Positions 27,888-41,634 of a stretch of DNA of 64,000 bases are shown one piece after another. Position 1 is the stretch's first letter, and each line of letters opens with the position of its first letter. A program made the translations under genes and the position numbers. Below the pieces are notes generated by a model. That model ran no database searches. It worked only from the letters and a program-made list of their open reading frames with translations, and was not told where the DNA came from. The stretch is from Eledone cirrhosa (Eukaryota): assembly GCA_964016885.1 (NCBI GenBank), contig OZ024742.1:328166001-328230000 (forward strand), written 5' to 3'.

Positions 27888-27953
27888 ACACAAAAAAAAA
27901 CAAGATGTTGTAGGACAGAATAAAGGAGAGGAAGGACACGAAATAAGAAATCA

Positions 27954-27996
27954 GTCACTGAAAAGGTCACAGAATGTGTAACGAAAGAGCTTTGAC
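27954..27996 (+). ncRNA. Degenerate hammerhead motif in a short (TA)n-flanked insert (~27883-28080)
   Basis: GTCA-CTGAAAA-ggtcac agaat gtgtaac-GAAA-GAGC-TT-TGAC. Stem I is perfect, but the core has an uncompensated G8>A, so it is probably inactive. Confidence 0.55.
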
Positions 27997-28094
27997 AAAA
28001 TATAAACAACTACCGGATATTGAACTAACCAACCGGAAAATTAAAATGAATTAAAATGAAAATCATGAACCTCCCAAAGTATATATATATATAC

Positions 28095-28585
28095 GTTAAA
28101 GAAAGAAGAGTAACATGGTTGGCTGTACAATAAGGGCTTTATTTAAAGTACTGACAATTGTTTCGTTGATTAGGTGTCTCTAGAGTTCGCTAATCGCTTG
28201 AGATTGCGTTATTTGATCTCCAATACATCGTTCACCACTGGTCAACACACCAGAGAACGTAGATATGAAAATAATTCACTCGAGGCAAGACTTATATAGA
28301 GGAGTAGCGTAAAACAAAACAATAACATCAATAATAGAATAGCGATTAGCGAACTCTAGACACACCTGATCAACGAAACAATTGTCAGTACTTTAAATAA
28401 AGCCCTTATTGTACAGCCAACCATATTACTCTTCTTTCTTTAACTTTTATTACTCCAAGTATAACCTGCACAGAAATTACCACGAACTCGCTGCATAACT
28501 ATGGAAACATCTTGTTGAGACAAAAAAAGCCGTACGTTAAAGCTATCCACGACGCGGAGTACTCTAACTGGATTACCTATAACGA
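28095..28585. mobile_element. Inverted-repeat element (~104-bp arms at 28095-28198 and 28341-28444) carrying the 3' half of a hammerhead
   Basis: The arms are near-perfect reverse complements and both contain CGAAAC-AATT-GTC. The element is bounded by (TA)n. Confidence 0.65.
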
Positions 28586-28623
28586 TATATATATATATAT
28601 GTGTAACTGCGTAGAGGCACATC

Positions 28624-28667
<44 letters not shown>

Positions 28668-28668
<1 letters not shown>

Positions 28669-29318
28669 AAAGAAATAAGATTTCGCTTCAAGCATAGCTT
28701 TATACAAATATGCATAGAGAGAAATTTCGTATTTCTAAAGAAACACGGTTTTAGGAAGCCGTAGCTATGCAAACACCCAGGAGCTAACGCCCTCTGGTGG
28801 TATCCAGCAGAAGCAAGGAGGACAACCGTCTATGTATTTCAGGCTTGACTGACCTTCTTCAGGACGCTCCCTCCCACCCATTGCGACTGCTCGACTTGAA
28901 AACAGTCGTGTATATATAGTTTTCTCGTCTGTGTAAATGAGGTGACTAATATCATTTGCATTTGAAGCTGCATCAATTGGCTCAACTTATAATAGAAAAG
29001 AAATAGGATTTCGCTTCAAGCATAGCTTTATACAAATATGTATAGAAATTTCGTATTTCTAAAGAAATACGGTTTTAGGAAGCTGTAGCTATGCAAACAC
29101 TCGGGGGGCTAACGCTCTCTGGTGGTGTCCACCAGAAGTAAGGGGGACAGCCATCGCAAGCGGTGGGAGGGACCGTCCTGAAGAAGGTCAGTCAAGCCTG
29201 AAATACATATATGGTTGTCCCGCTTGATTCTTCTAGCCATCACCAGAGGGCGTTAGCCCCGGTGTATGCATAGCTACGGCTTCCTAAAACCGTGTTTCTT
29301 AAGAAATACGAAATTTCT

Positions 29319-29325
<7 letters not shown>
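28668..29325 (-). mobile_element. Retrozyme-like element: partial tandem of a ~325-nt monomer plus an inverted arm
   Basis: Direct repeat 28668-28830 vs 28996-29155. Inverted copy at 29154-29325. HHR motifs at 28827-28866 (-) and 29172-29215 (+). (TA)n on both sides, no ORF. Confidence 0.8.
28827..28866 (-). ncRNA. Minimal type-I hammerhead ribozyme motif
   Basis: Minus strand reads CGTC-CTGAAGA-AGG tcagtcaag CCT-GAAA-TACA-TA-GACG. The consensus with the inverted copy gives a 6-bp stem I, ACCGTC/GACGGT. Confidence 0.75.
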
Positions 29326-29368
<43 letters not shown>

Positions 29369-29869
29369 GACGTGCCTCTACGCAGTTTTATTCTACCTTA
29401 TTTCAGGTAGTATTTAGTCAACCTAAGGCCATGTTAGAAAACACGTGCTGAAAATAGCAAGCAGTAGAGCTGCATCCAGAACCTGACGATTGCAAAGCGA
29501 ACTCTTTAACCATACAGCTATATCTGTCATCTGTTTCTTTTGTATTTCAGTTGTTTGTCGTCATTGTAATTATAATTATTATAATTATTATAGATTTTAA
29601 TTTTTTTTCGAGTTTTGTCTTTATTGTTGTCTCGGAGTTATGTTCTCTTGTACTAATGTAAATCTAATTCCGTAATAATACTGACGTCATTGTTTTACTA
29701 AACATTCTATGACTATTTATTTATGTTTACTCGTTCTTTTATCCAAATAGCACCATCAGCTATTAACACCAATCGTATATAGTAGCAAAAAGAACATCAG
29801 ACTAACTGAATCTCAAATAGAGCTGGGGATTCACAGAATCATTCGAGCAATTGAGAAAATGTCTATTTG

Positions 29870-30125
29870 TTTCGGCACTTTACGTTCTAATTTCAAATCT
29901 TGCCGAGGTCCAAGTTGCCTTTCTTCCTTTCGAGGTCGATAAAGTAACGAATAAGTCAAATACTTAAGGTCCATTTAATTGATATTCTCCTCCTTCCTAA
30001 AATTGCTGGCTTGGTGCCTAAATTAAATGCTTTTGTTCCGACACACTGCACAATCAGTTCAAATCCCGCCTAGGTGATCTTTATCTTTATACTTTCAGAG
30101 TTGATAAATATAGCACCAATCAAGG
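29870..30125 (+). mobile_element. Two adjacent degenerate SINE fragments (tRNA-derived, GCCTTTCATCCTTTCGGGGTCGATAAA-type core)
   Basis: TTCAAATCTTGCCGAGGTC...GCCTTTCTTCCTTTCGAGGTCGATAAA...TTGCTGGCTTGGTGCCTAAA is homologous to 37319-37418, 57560-57665 and 63855-64000. Confidence 0.6.
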
Positions 30126-31060
30126 GGTGATGTTGGCCCAGCTGGAATGTTCATGGGTATGTGATCCAACTTTGCGAGCTCTCAGTTCAAATCCCCTCTC
30201 CTTCCACTAGAAGTTGCGACTAGGAGAAAGTATAAGCAACGGAAAAAAAAAACAATTGGAACATCGCTTCCGTGGTTCGATCTGAGAATCGGCTTCTTTA
30301 CTTCTTTCTTTCTTAATTTGTTTAGTAGGTTCCAGTTGAATTAACATTTAAGATGTCGCTACCTTCTGATATAATTCAGTAATATCCGACAACACGTTAC
30401 AGTAATTCCTCTCTTCACAGCCCATCAACGAACATTATATCTTGATTTTATACGGAACATAACTACGGTGGTTTTACACATTATTTTATATTTCAATCTT
30501 TCAAGCACTGTTTGTGTCATAAAAAGACCTTAGCAAAGACTCATTAGTATTTTTCGACTACAAGAAGGGGCGTTGAGGTAAAATAGAATCAAGATTAGAA
30601 TAAAAATATCCTTATTGAAGTTATATTCCTTTCCTCAGTACGGACTAGAATGCGATTAATTTTATTGCTTCGATTGAATTCCATAGTTTTTCCTTTTAAC
30701 GATTCTAAAATGGCTACACATTTTCACAAGAGAAGTTATAAAATCTCACTTTAATTCCCCTCTTTTACGAAGAAATAGAAAGTCTTTGAACTGATTTCGA
30801 AATTAAAAACGTTTTTAACTGTGCATGTCTGCATTTCAAGTGAGTTTTGAAGTTTGGCAAGAAAAAACATTAAGTAGAATAGTTTCTACATCTCATCAAA
30901 AGATGGTGTTGTTAGTTCTTTTTTTATTTGCCTCATAAAATGTGAGAATCTCTCTTTCTAAAATAAAAATGAAAACATACACGCCAATGCCCAGACGTAC
31001 ACACACATGCACTCATACAATACACACACACATGCACTCATATAATATACACCCCCCCCC

Positions 31061-31460
<400 letters not shown>

Positions 31461-31851
31461 ATAAAGATACATAAACATAAATATATAGACTTATTAGTGA
31501 TGTATGTCTTCATAATATATATGTTTAAATGTGGAAGAAAGCGTAACATTTCTGTTTCGACTTAAAAAATACAGCTATACGCAGACACACGCCCACATAC
31601 AAACACACATACATAAGCAAATATGACACGGGCACACATACAAACATACAAACAGATATACATATGACATTTATTCAAATCTGAAACTTCTTATGTAACC
31701 ACTTGTAAATTCTCGTTCCCGATCTTCAGGAAACACAAGCTGTCTCGGCTGCAAATAATTAATATAATTATATTATTCTACTCTATGTAAGTGAATAGAG
31801 TACATCTTTTACCTAATTGTCTTTGTTAAATGAGGAACTACTATATATATA

Positions 31852-31980
31852 TACAGTGTACCTCCGGCTTTCGCGGTTCCGGTTATTCGCGGGATTTTTC
31901 CTAGAACCTAACTAATAGATGTTCGTGGAAACAACCGCGTTTTAATGAACCACGTCTAATATTTGCGGGTTTTCACTCTT
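31852..31980. mobile_element. Possible end of a pogo/Tigger-like (Tc1/mariner superfamily) MITE
   Basis: TA|CAGTGTACCTCC followed by repeated TTCGCGG motifs resembles Tigger-type termini. The opposite end was not found. Confidence 0.4.
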
Positions 31981-32080
31981 CATGTGTGCTTAATATGTGA
32001 GTGTGTGTGAGTAGATCCTGAATGAAATCACGGGTAACCACAGTCGATAAGACACTCAATACACAAATAGAGTGAGAACA

Positions 32081-32215
32081 ACGAAATTTAATATAGAATG
32101 ACTTCTACAGAAAAAGAACTGTTTCATACGTATGAAATCATCAGGAAATTACCTGATCATTTCATACGAATGAAACATTTTTAGTCCCGTAGAAGCCATT
32201 TTATTTTAATTTCGT
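32081..32215. mobile_element. Old fold-back palindrome with degenerate hammerhead cores
   Basis: Imperfect arms around ~32148. The minus arm has CTGATGA-tttcatacgtat-GAAAC and the plus arm has CTGATCA-tttcatacgaat-GAAAC. Stem I is eroded. Confidence 0.55.
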
Positions 32216-32422
32216 ATGTATATATGTATATATATATATATATGTGTTTGGTGTGTGTGTGCGTGTGTGTTTGTACAGTGTAACTCACTATTATTATCAT
32301 AATAATTATTATTAAAATTAATATTATTATATTATTTTTGTTTTTGTTATTACTAAGAAACCTTGTATATATGAATATACAGAGATAGATAGAGAGAGAT
32401 AGAGAAAGAGAGATAGAGAGAG

Positions 32423-32482
<60 letters not shown>

Positions 32483-32834
32483 GAGAGAGAGAAAGCAGAA
32501 CTGTCTATAGATTTACACGTGTGTGTATGTGCGAATGTAGCTTGATATTACAGTTATTTATGTACTGTTGCTATCAAATAACTAACTATATAAGTGTCAT
32601 TGTTGACCTAAAACGACAAAGTAAACCCTTAAAATGCATCTTCCCATGGCGGCTCTTTGGTGAATGTGCAGCTGTTTCTGGAGACACTCAACGACCTCCA
32701 CAAACGAGGGCATCAGTTGTTTACTAAATAGAATTATTGACTTGCTTCATAGTGAAATAGCTGAATATTCAAGCGACACCTCCAACTCTAATATAATAGA
32801 GAATTAAGGTAGAACCAATATGAGTAAGGCACAT

Positions 32835-33000
32835 AACTCCATGGCTAGATTGTTGGACTCACGATCATAAATTCGTTGTTTCAATTCATAAACCTATAGG
32901 GCATTTTGACCTTGAACAAAACACTTCATTTAGTGTTGGAGTCCACTCAGCTGAATTAGAATGAGTACCAGGGTTTTAACATATGACATGTTAGTTTCCA
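32835..33000 (+). mobile_element. Degenerate tRNA-derived SINE fragment (CCTTGAGCAAGACAC-type core)
   Basis: tRNA-like head followed by CCTTGAACAAAACACTT...GTCCACTCAGCTG...ATGAGTACC. Related fragments at 33525-33760, 52815-52920 and 53895-54110. Confidence 0.55.
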
Positions 33001-33859
33001 CCCCAAAGGAGAAGTCCTCTACTGTCAGTTAGTATCAATAAAACTAAAGTAAGCCCCGGTCAGATGTGACTCTAGTGACTCTAGAATCATTGAAGCATTG
33101 TGAGTGACTATGCCGGGACTTTAGATTACAAACATAGTCCACCTTTCTATACATTTTCTTTCAAACAAATTTGCACAGAAGAAACACTTGCAATCAAACT
33201 CAGAACTTTACGATTGTGAAGTGGTATGTCTTAACCACGTGTAAATAAATGTGTTAGAGATAATCAGTCAGAGATATATTCAATATTCATAGTATAGTGA
33301 TCACTCTTATGACTCAAATTAATAATTTAATGTCTAATAGTTTAAAATTGAATCACTATAGATAGCGATGTTTAGCAAACATTACTAATTAATGTTTAAT
33401 TCAACTAATTAATGTCTAATTTCCTCATTAACAAATTTCCACTTTTGCGATGTCTGCAGATCAAAGCGATCGTTAATTCATAGCATAACCATTAATCAAC
33501 TAATATATAATAAATATTATAACAGAGTGTAGGTGAGTTTAGTGGTTAGTGTGTTCGGTTCTCGTTTCTAAGGTAGTGTATCTGATTTCCAGCGGTCCTT
33601 TGCGCCCTTGAGCAAGACATCATATTTTAGTCTACTCAGTTGGAAAAAATGAGAGTATCTGCATATTGAATAGGCCTGTCTTGTCACTCAGTATGTCAAG
33701 CTGTTGAATGGTAAGCTACTAACAGATAAATTCCATGTTCTGTTGTTAAAAGATTTGGAACACACACTGTTGAAACATTTTTACAACTATTCAGTTTTGC
33801 GAAATTATCTTTTAATATAACCTCAGAGTGGAAGCATATTATATCTCTCTGTATGTTAT

Positions 33860-33895
<36 letters not shown>

Positions 33896-34145
33896 GATAA
33901 TATTAAATATGGATACACCCCTCACACACGCACACACACACACACGCACACTCAGAATCTTCACACAAATACACAGACACATGCATATATATATATATAT
34001 ATAAATATATATATATTTATATATACATATTCATATATATATATATGTATTTTAATAAATATTTACTCTAGGTTTCTTATATATTTGATATATATTTATC
34101 CTTCTCGAGCCCTCTTTGGATTTTAGTCTTCAAATTTATTATTAT

Positions 34146-34180
<35 letters not shown>

Positions 34181-34224
34181 TTAATAAAAACAAAGAAACA
34201 GTTCCTTATATTAAAAAGTTCATC

Positions 34225-34350
34225 ATTTTACGATCGTTTCTAGGATATATGTGTGTGTTGGTATGTACATCATATAGATCTCTGTAAAAATTCTACAAAC
34301 TATCAGAGGGAATATACATACCTACACATATATATGCTGTCTTCAGAAAT
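34225..34350 (-). ncRNA. Hammerhead motif with a long (~100-nt) stem II region
   Basis: Minus strand reads ATTT-CTGAAGA-cagcatATATATGTGT...ACACATATATccta-GAAA-CGATCG-TA-AAAT, with a palindromic ACGATCGT stem III. It lies in an insert between (TA)n tracts (~34177-34465). Confidence 0.6.
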
Positions 34351-34486
34351 AATCGAACACATTTTTGAATACATCTTCTCTTTTCATGATATTTGGATTA
34401 CATTGAGTTGTTCATACGGATTGGATAATACCGTATGTTTTGGTAGATTTATCTACATATACATATATATATATATATATATATAG

Positions 34487-34555
34487 TTGTTTCTATTTTT
34501 GGCACAAGGCCAGCAATTACCCAGTGCATTACTGGCACTTTATTTTATCAACCCC
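34487..34555 (-). mobile_element. Short SINE 3' fragment
   Basis: GGCACAAGGCCAGCAATTACCCAGTGCATTACTGG is nearly identical to part of 57560-57665 and is the reverse complement of part of 37319-37418. Confidence 0.7.
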
Positions 34556-34815
34556 TTAAGTGTTTCCGAAGAAATAGAGTAAGGGAAAAAGAAGCCAAAA
34601 TAAATTGTCTGAATAAAATCTCTTCAACAGGCATAGGATATTCTATGACTGCACGTTGATACTTATGTATAGGTATCGCATATACTTGCAACATATGTAG
34701 TGTTGACGAACGAGGTAGTCTTTACTAAAAGGATGGAATGGTCACAGAATTTAGAACGCCTTTGATCATAGATCTGCTCGGTCAGGACCAACCTGGGGTA
34801 ATAAAAGACAACGAT

Positions 34816-34851
<36 letters not shown>

Positions 34852-35869
34852 ACTTGTAGTGAGTTTGTTGTTGAAATATCATTGGTTGGTGTTAAAATTT
34901 TTTACCGTCCATCAAGTGTTTCACACATGCTCCCGGATACTTTTACTAACAATTCAACATGTTAAGACACTTCCTTTTCCCCACAGCTTTAATTGTTGAA
35001 GATACGGATTACGACTTTTGGAAAATACTGTGTCTTTCTCCCCCAATACTCTCACAGAAATACACATCATTAGTTTTATTTTTTTAAGTAAAATGTTTCC
35101 TAGTTTCCTAGTCTTCTTTTTATTTCTTTGTAGAAAGGAAAAATCTGATAAATTGCACCAATTTGAACAATCGTTAAAATTTGGGGAAACAATAAAGTAA
35201 AACAAATTGTAATAATGCTACAAGAGAGTAAGAATGATGATAACGATGGTGTCTAAATTTTTTTACTATTATTATTAATATCATTATCATCATCATCATC
35301 ATCATCATATTTATATGATACCAATTATGAAAATAACAGCGGTGATGATGATCAATCGTTGTTTAAAATTAATAAAAATATATACATATTATATCATCAT
35401 TATTATTATCATCATAATCATTAGCATGTTCATCATCATCAGCTGTAGTAGTAGTAGTAGTAGTAGTAGTGTTGAATTGAGAAGATGTCGCCTTCTTTTG
35501 TTTTGTTCCAGCATGATAATTGAACCCATTTGTTAAAACCGAAGGTCTAACAGCTCACTAACCCTTGCAGCATTCATTGTGTTACCGGTGACGGTGTGAC
35601 AGGGGTATGGGCCAGGGTAGAGCGAGGCTGGATGTGAAGATGTAGTTTACGGATGGTGGTGAAGCCAGTGGTGATAGTTACCGAGAAAATAGTTGTTGCT
35701 ATTGTTATTGATGTGTCAGTGATAGTGTTTATGTGTATAGAGGTGATTTGTGGACGCAGCATATCTGAATGGTTAAGAAGTTCCTTTCGGAATAATGAGT
35801 TACAATGTTTGATCACCCTGTGTGAGCACACTGTGACATCTTCGACAAGAGACATTTACCATAGCCACG

Positions 35870-36090
35870 GGTCGACCGAAGATTTCTGAGTTAAATTGGT
35901 TAAACGAAGCTGTGCTGACGCCCGTCGGATAGACTGTACAAGCAATTCAAACGGTGAGCCTTATCACACCTTTTATCACACTGGATCTCCCTAAGAATTA
36001 CGTTAAGGATATACTTGTCTATCTCCAGCAGGCTGTTTCATTGATCGAACAACTGGAACATTCGTCTTCGCAAGCGACGGAGGTCTAACA
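35870..36090 (+). mobile_element. SINE body/3' fragment
   Basis: GCCTTATCACAC...AATTACGTTAAGG...GCAGGCTGTTTCATTGATCG...CGACGGAG. A related copy lies on the minus strand at 49152-49420. Confidence 0.55.
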
Positions 36091-36559
36091 TACAGATATA
36101 CACCGAAACAGGCATACAATCAGAGGTGATAGAATTATAGGTGGTGGTGTTGGTAGAAATGCCATAATATAATGGATATGATGACTAGATGAATATACAT
36201 ATGATGATAATGATGCCAGAGCTACAGCTGTTCTTATTGTTGTTGTTATTATTACTATTGGGTATTGTTAGAGATTATTTAAATTGCCTGTTATAAAACT
36301 TGTCCAAATGTCGCCACCAATTAACGTGTAAAAACCTTTCGTTAGATTCGATGTATTTTTACGAGTTTCTCATTTTATTTATTTATTTATTTGTCATTTA
36401 TGTATTTGTTAATTTATTTTATTTCATTTATTGTTTTAATTTCACTTTTAAACAACAATTACAATCTTCTTTGTTTTCTTCTTGTGTTTTTTTTATGGTT
36501 TATTAGTTTGTAATGTTTTTGTTTTATTCATTCTTTTGGTTTCATCGCTGAACGAAATC

Positions 36560-37320
36560 GATGTGGTGGTGGATGAAGTTGTGATCGTTTCTATACAACT
36601 ACGGTACGGTGGTTAAGTCACATATATTATTCGGGAGTGAAAGTTGCTGTTGATGTTGTTGTTATTGTAATTTATGTACAACTTTGATGTTGCCATTGTA
36701 GTTTTGTTTCATTAGTGTATATGTAGTTTGTTATGGCGATGAATTGTTCTTGTAGTAATGTGGGTGATGTTAGTGTTGTTGTTGTTAGTGTTGTTGATGG
36801 TGGTGCTGGATATAATGTTGGTTTCATTGTAGGTTGTTGTGGTGGGTTGGTGTTATTGTTGTTGGTGTGGTGGGTTGTTGTTTTTGTTGATGTTATTGGC
36901 GGTCCTGGAGATAGTTGTTGGTTCTATTGTGAGTTGCTGTTACTGTTATTGTTGTTGTTGGTGGGTAGTTGTTGTTGTTGTTGTTATTGGCGGTGTTGGT
37001 TTCATTGTCGATTGCTGTTGCTGGTGTTGTTGTGGTGGGTTTGTGTTCTTGTTGGGTGTTGTGGCTTATTGGTATTGATGTTGTGGATTGGTGGTGTTGT
37101 TGTGGGTTGTATATAGTCTTTGGTGTTTTTATTGCAATTTATAACTGTCGGAGTTATTGTTGCTGTAGATATTATTGTTGTACTTTATGGTTGTTAATAT
37201 TGTAGATATGGTTTTTTGGGGTGTTGGTGTTGTACGTATTCTTGCTGAAAGCTGTGGATTTTGACGATTTTTAGATCGTTATGACTGTTGTTATCGGTGT
37301 TGTTGTTGCTTTATACTATG
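36560..37320. repeat. GTT/GGT-rich low-complexity tract
   Basis: Degenerate (GTT)n; it produces the V/L/C-rich ORFs. Confidence 0.8.
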
Positions 37321-37418
37321 ACTTTGCCTTTCATCCTTACGGGGTCGATAAAATAAAGTACCAGTAATGCACTGAGATAATTGCTGACCTTGTGCCAAAA
37401 GTAGAAACAATTATTATT
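37319..37418 (+). mobile_element. SINE core/3' fragment
   Basis: GACTTTGCCTTTCATCCTTACGGGGTCGATAAAATAAAGTACCAG...CCTTGTGCCAAAAGTAGAAAC followed by an (ATT)n tail. Confidence 0.75.
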
Positions 37419-39224
37419 GTTTCCATTATTTTCTACCATTGTTTTGTGGTTGAATTAAATGGTGATTTTATCAACGTTGTATAGAGGTTGTTATATTTGT
37501 TGTTGCTGTCCTTGTTTTACAAGATTACTATAATTGTTGTTGCCGGGGAAATTGATGTAGTTGTGTCCTAACTGCTGTGTCTTTTATTATTATTATTATT
37601 ATTATTATATTATTATTATTATTAATGTGGTATTTCGGGGGGAAAGGGGCATTTTAAGTAGCATCTTTCACAATTGATTTTTGAATAAAGAACAATTTTA
37701 ACCATCACTAACACCTTTCCTTTCACCCAAACTCAAATTGTCGGGCAGGAAAATGAAATAAAATAAAATAATAAAAAAAATATACGAAAGAATAAAAATT
37801 GAAGAATAAAGAAAGACAAATGAGGGTGTGTGATGGGAGGATTTGAAATTTTTTTTTATCTACTTTTAAATTTTTAATTGTTGAAAATGGTGTGTTGTGA
37901 AATGAACGCACACGAAAAAAATCAAAACAAAATAACAACCAACAACAACACATTCACACACATTATCACACTAAGATTCGAACACATAAACACACACAAG
38001 ATTATATACGCAAATATATATAGTCCACCCACATACCGGTTCCAATTTGTAATACACCACAGCCCGCCCACATCTATAATAATGAAATAAATAATATGGA
38101 CACTTAAACATCGTAAAATAATATAATATTCCAGAAGTAGGCGTGGAGATTCAGTGTTAATAAATTGGTGTCTATTTTAAAAATGTGGTTTAAAAGCCGA
38201 AGGAATTGCATTGTGTACAGGATATATGTACATACACACTCACATACACACATGCATGCACACAGATACTAACACTGTTTTATATGTATGTATGTATGCA
38301 TGTATGTATGTATTTATGCATGTATGTATGTGTGTACACATGCGCGCACACGGGAATTTTTACGCACACGTATATGTACATGTGTGTATGTAGGAAGGAG
38401 AGACCCACATGTGTATGTACACAGCAGTGTATGTGTTTTATATATACGACGAACGCACTATATTATGGAATTAAACTTAATGCTCGTAAATTTTACCTTC
38501 CGTTCGGGACCCTGGGTTAAAGTCAGCAAAGCGTGGCTACTGCGACTGAAAATATTAATCAAATAGAGATGGCTGTAGGAGGGGATGATCGGGTGGAGCT
38601 GGAATATTCCATGGGTATTCAGGAAGGCAAAGACGCTGCTAACCTCGTTACTACTTCCCTAAAACCTCGTAAATAAATAACATAGTTGATAAAAAAAAGT
38701 GAAAATGTTGGTTTATTTTGAATTTATTTTTTTCAATTCTTTTAATAAAATTTCATTCCAGCTTTTATCTCGATACCGGCAGCTTTCATGTATATATACA
38801 CAGACACACAAACAGATAGGCACACACACAGTCATACACATACATAATTAGAATATACGAAACCTATCGCATATGCATACACATGAAATTGTGTATGTAT
38901 GTTTATGTGTATGCACGAATATTTAAACCTATGTGTACATTTGTGTATATGCAAACACATATGCGTGTACGCTGGCTTAAGTATGCAAACATCTAAGTGT
39001 GTATAAATTTGTCTATATGTTCAAATATATACGCTAATTTACAAACAAACATGTCGATTTGTATCTGCGTTTTTGTCAATGTACACATGTATGTGAGTGT
39101 GCGCGTGTGTAGGGTTCTATATACGTTTATGTATTCCCACAAATGTACATAAACAGTTTCACGTAAACATGTATGTAAACACGCAAGTTTATAGTAAATA
39201 TATAATTAATGAATATAAACTCAT

Positions 39225-39306
<82 letters not shown>

Positions 39307-39324
39307 TTGTATGTATGTATATAT

Positions 39325-39857
39325 GTCGGGTCACTCTTGAGTGCTACTGGTAACATATGACCCAGTACAACAAGTCGCATGGTCGGGTCGTCGGCGACTA
39401 AACCGGCAACCCCACCAAGTTTACTTGGTGAGGAGGGTGATTTTGGACACCCTGCATGACAAAAAAACAAAACCTGACAAAGGGCGGAAGAACTCATAAT
39501 GGTCAACGGCCATCCAAAAGTGTATAAATATGTATATACACATGTACATATGTATGTATATGTGTATATACATGGGTGCATGTGTATGTATATGCGCGGG
39601 AACATAGAAATAGTCGGGCTGGTTAAACCACTGGGAGAGAAGGACTCCTAGCTTTTGTCAGGGCATTCTTCTAGGAGAAAGCAACTCAGGAAACTGGGAT
39701 AACTCCGATATAAAACCTGCGGCTCAGTAGTTACCGATGATGTTGATCTTTTCTTCTTTTCGGGTTATAGCTACTGTCACTCAGAGAGTGGGATTGGCTC
39801 AGTGGACAGTCTTGCCTCACTTTAAAAGATATCTTCACGCACAGGCATTGCACGATA
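39325..39857 (+). mobile_element. Non-coding interspersed repeat resembling RTE-clade 5' regions, diverged copy split by a microsatellite
   Basis: Colinear with 46585-46960 (CCCAGTACAAC...GGCAACCCCACCAAG...GGTGAGGAGGGTGA...CAACGGCCATCCAAAA). Interrupted at ~39520-39625. Confidence 0.65.
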
Positions 39858-39939
39858 GAATTAATAAATAATTATTAATAATGGTATATCATGCAATGGC
39901 CAAACTCGATAACGAGGGGGCAGCCATCATATTTATATG

Positions 39940-39994
<55 letters not shown>

Positions 39995-40001
<7 letters not shown>

Positions 40002-40382
40002 TAAGAGGAATTCCAAATTTGTCTGATTTACTCGTTTTATTTACAATCCTTTAAAATATATATAATATGGTATTATAATGAAATAGTATGATAGAATATT
40101 AAATTCTAAGTGTTAATTGAACAAGTACTTTCATGCTTTCGCAATCTTCAGGTTCATGATATGTGGTGACAGTCGAGTTTGCAAATTGAAAATTGCAAAC
40201 TCGACTGTCACCACATATCATGAACCTGAAGATTGCGAAAGCATGAAAGTACTTGTTCAATTAACACTTAGAATTTAATATTCTATCATACTATTTCATT
40301 ATAATACCATATTATATATATTTTAAAGGATTGTAAATAAAACGAGTAAATCAGACAAAGTTGGAATTCCTCTTATTAATAT
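39995..40382. mobile_element. Very young fold-back HHR element (~190-bp arms)
   Basis: The arms are reverse complements with one mismatch that I could see, around an 8-bp centre (40185-40192). (TA)n lies to the left and a TA-rich array to the right. Confidence 0.85.
40221..40259 (+). ncRNA. Minimal type-I hammerhead ribozyme motif, intact core
   Basis: TGAAC-CTGAAGA-tTGC GAAA GCAt-GAAA-GTAC-TT-GTTCA: 5-bp stem I, GNRA-capped stem II, palindromic AGTACT stem III. An identical mirror copy lies at 40118-40156 (-). Confidence 0.85.
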
Positions 40383-40424
40383 AATCTTCTATACACAATC
40401 ATACACACCCGTGTATATTTACCT

Positions 40425-41634
<1,210 letters not shown>

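Noticed and set aside
36733-37205. Hydrophobic V/L/C-rich ORFs as membrane proteins
   Set aside because: They come from low-complexity GTT sequence that is open in all frames.
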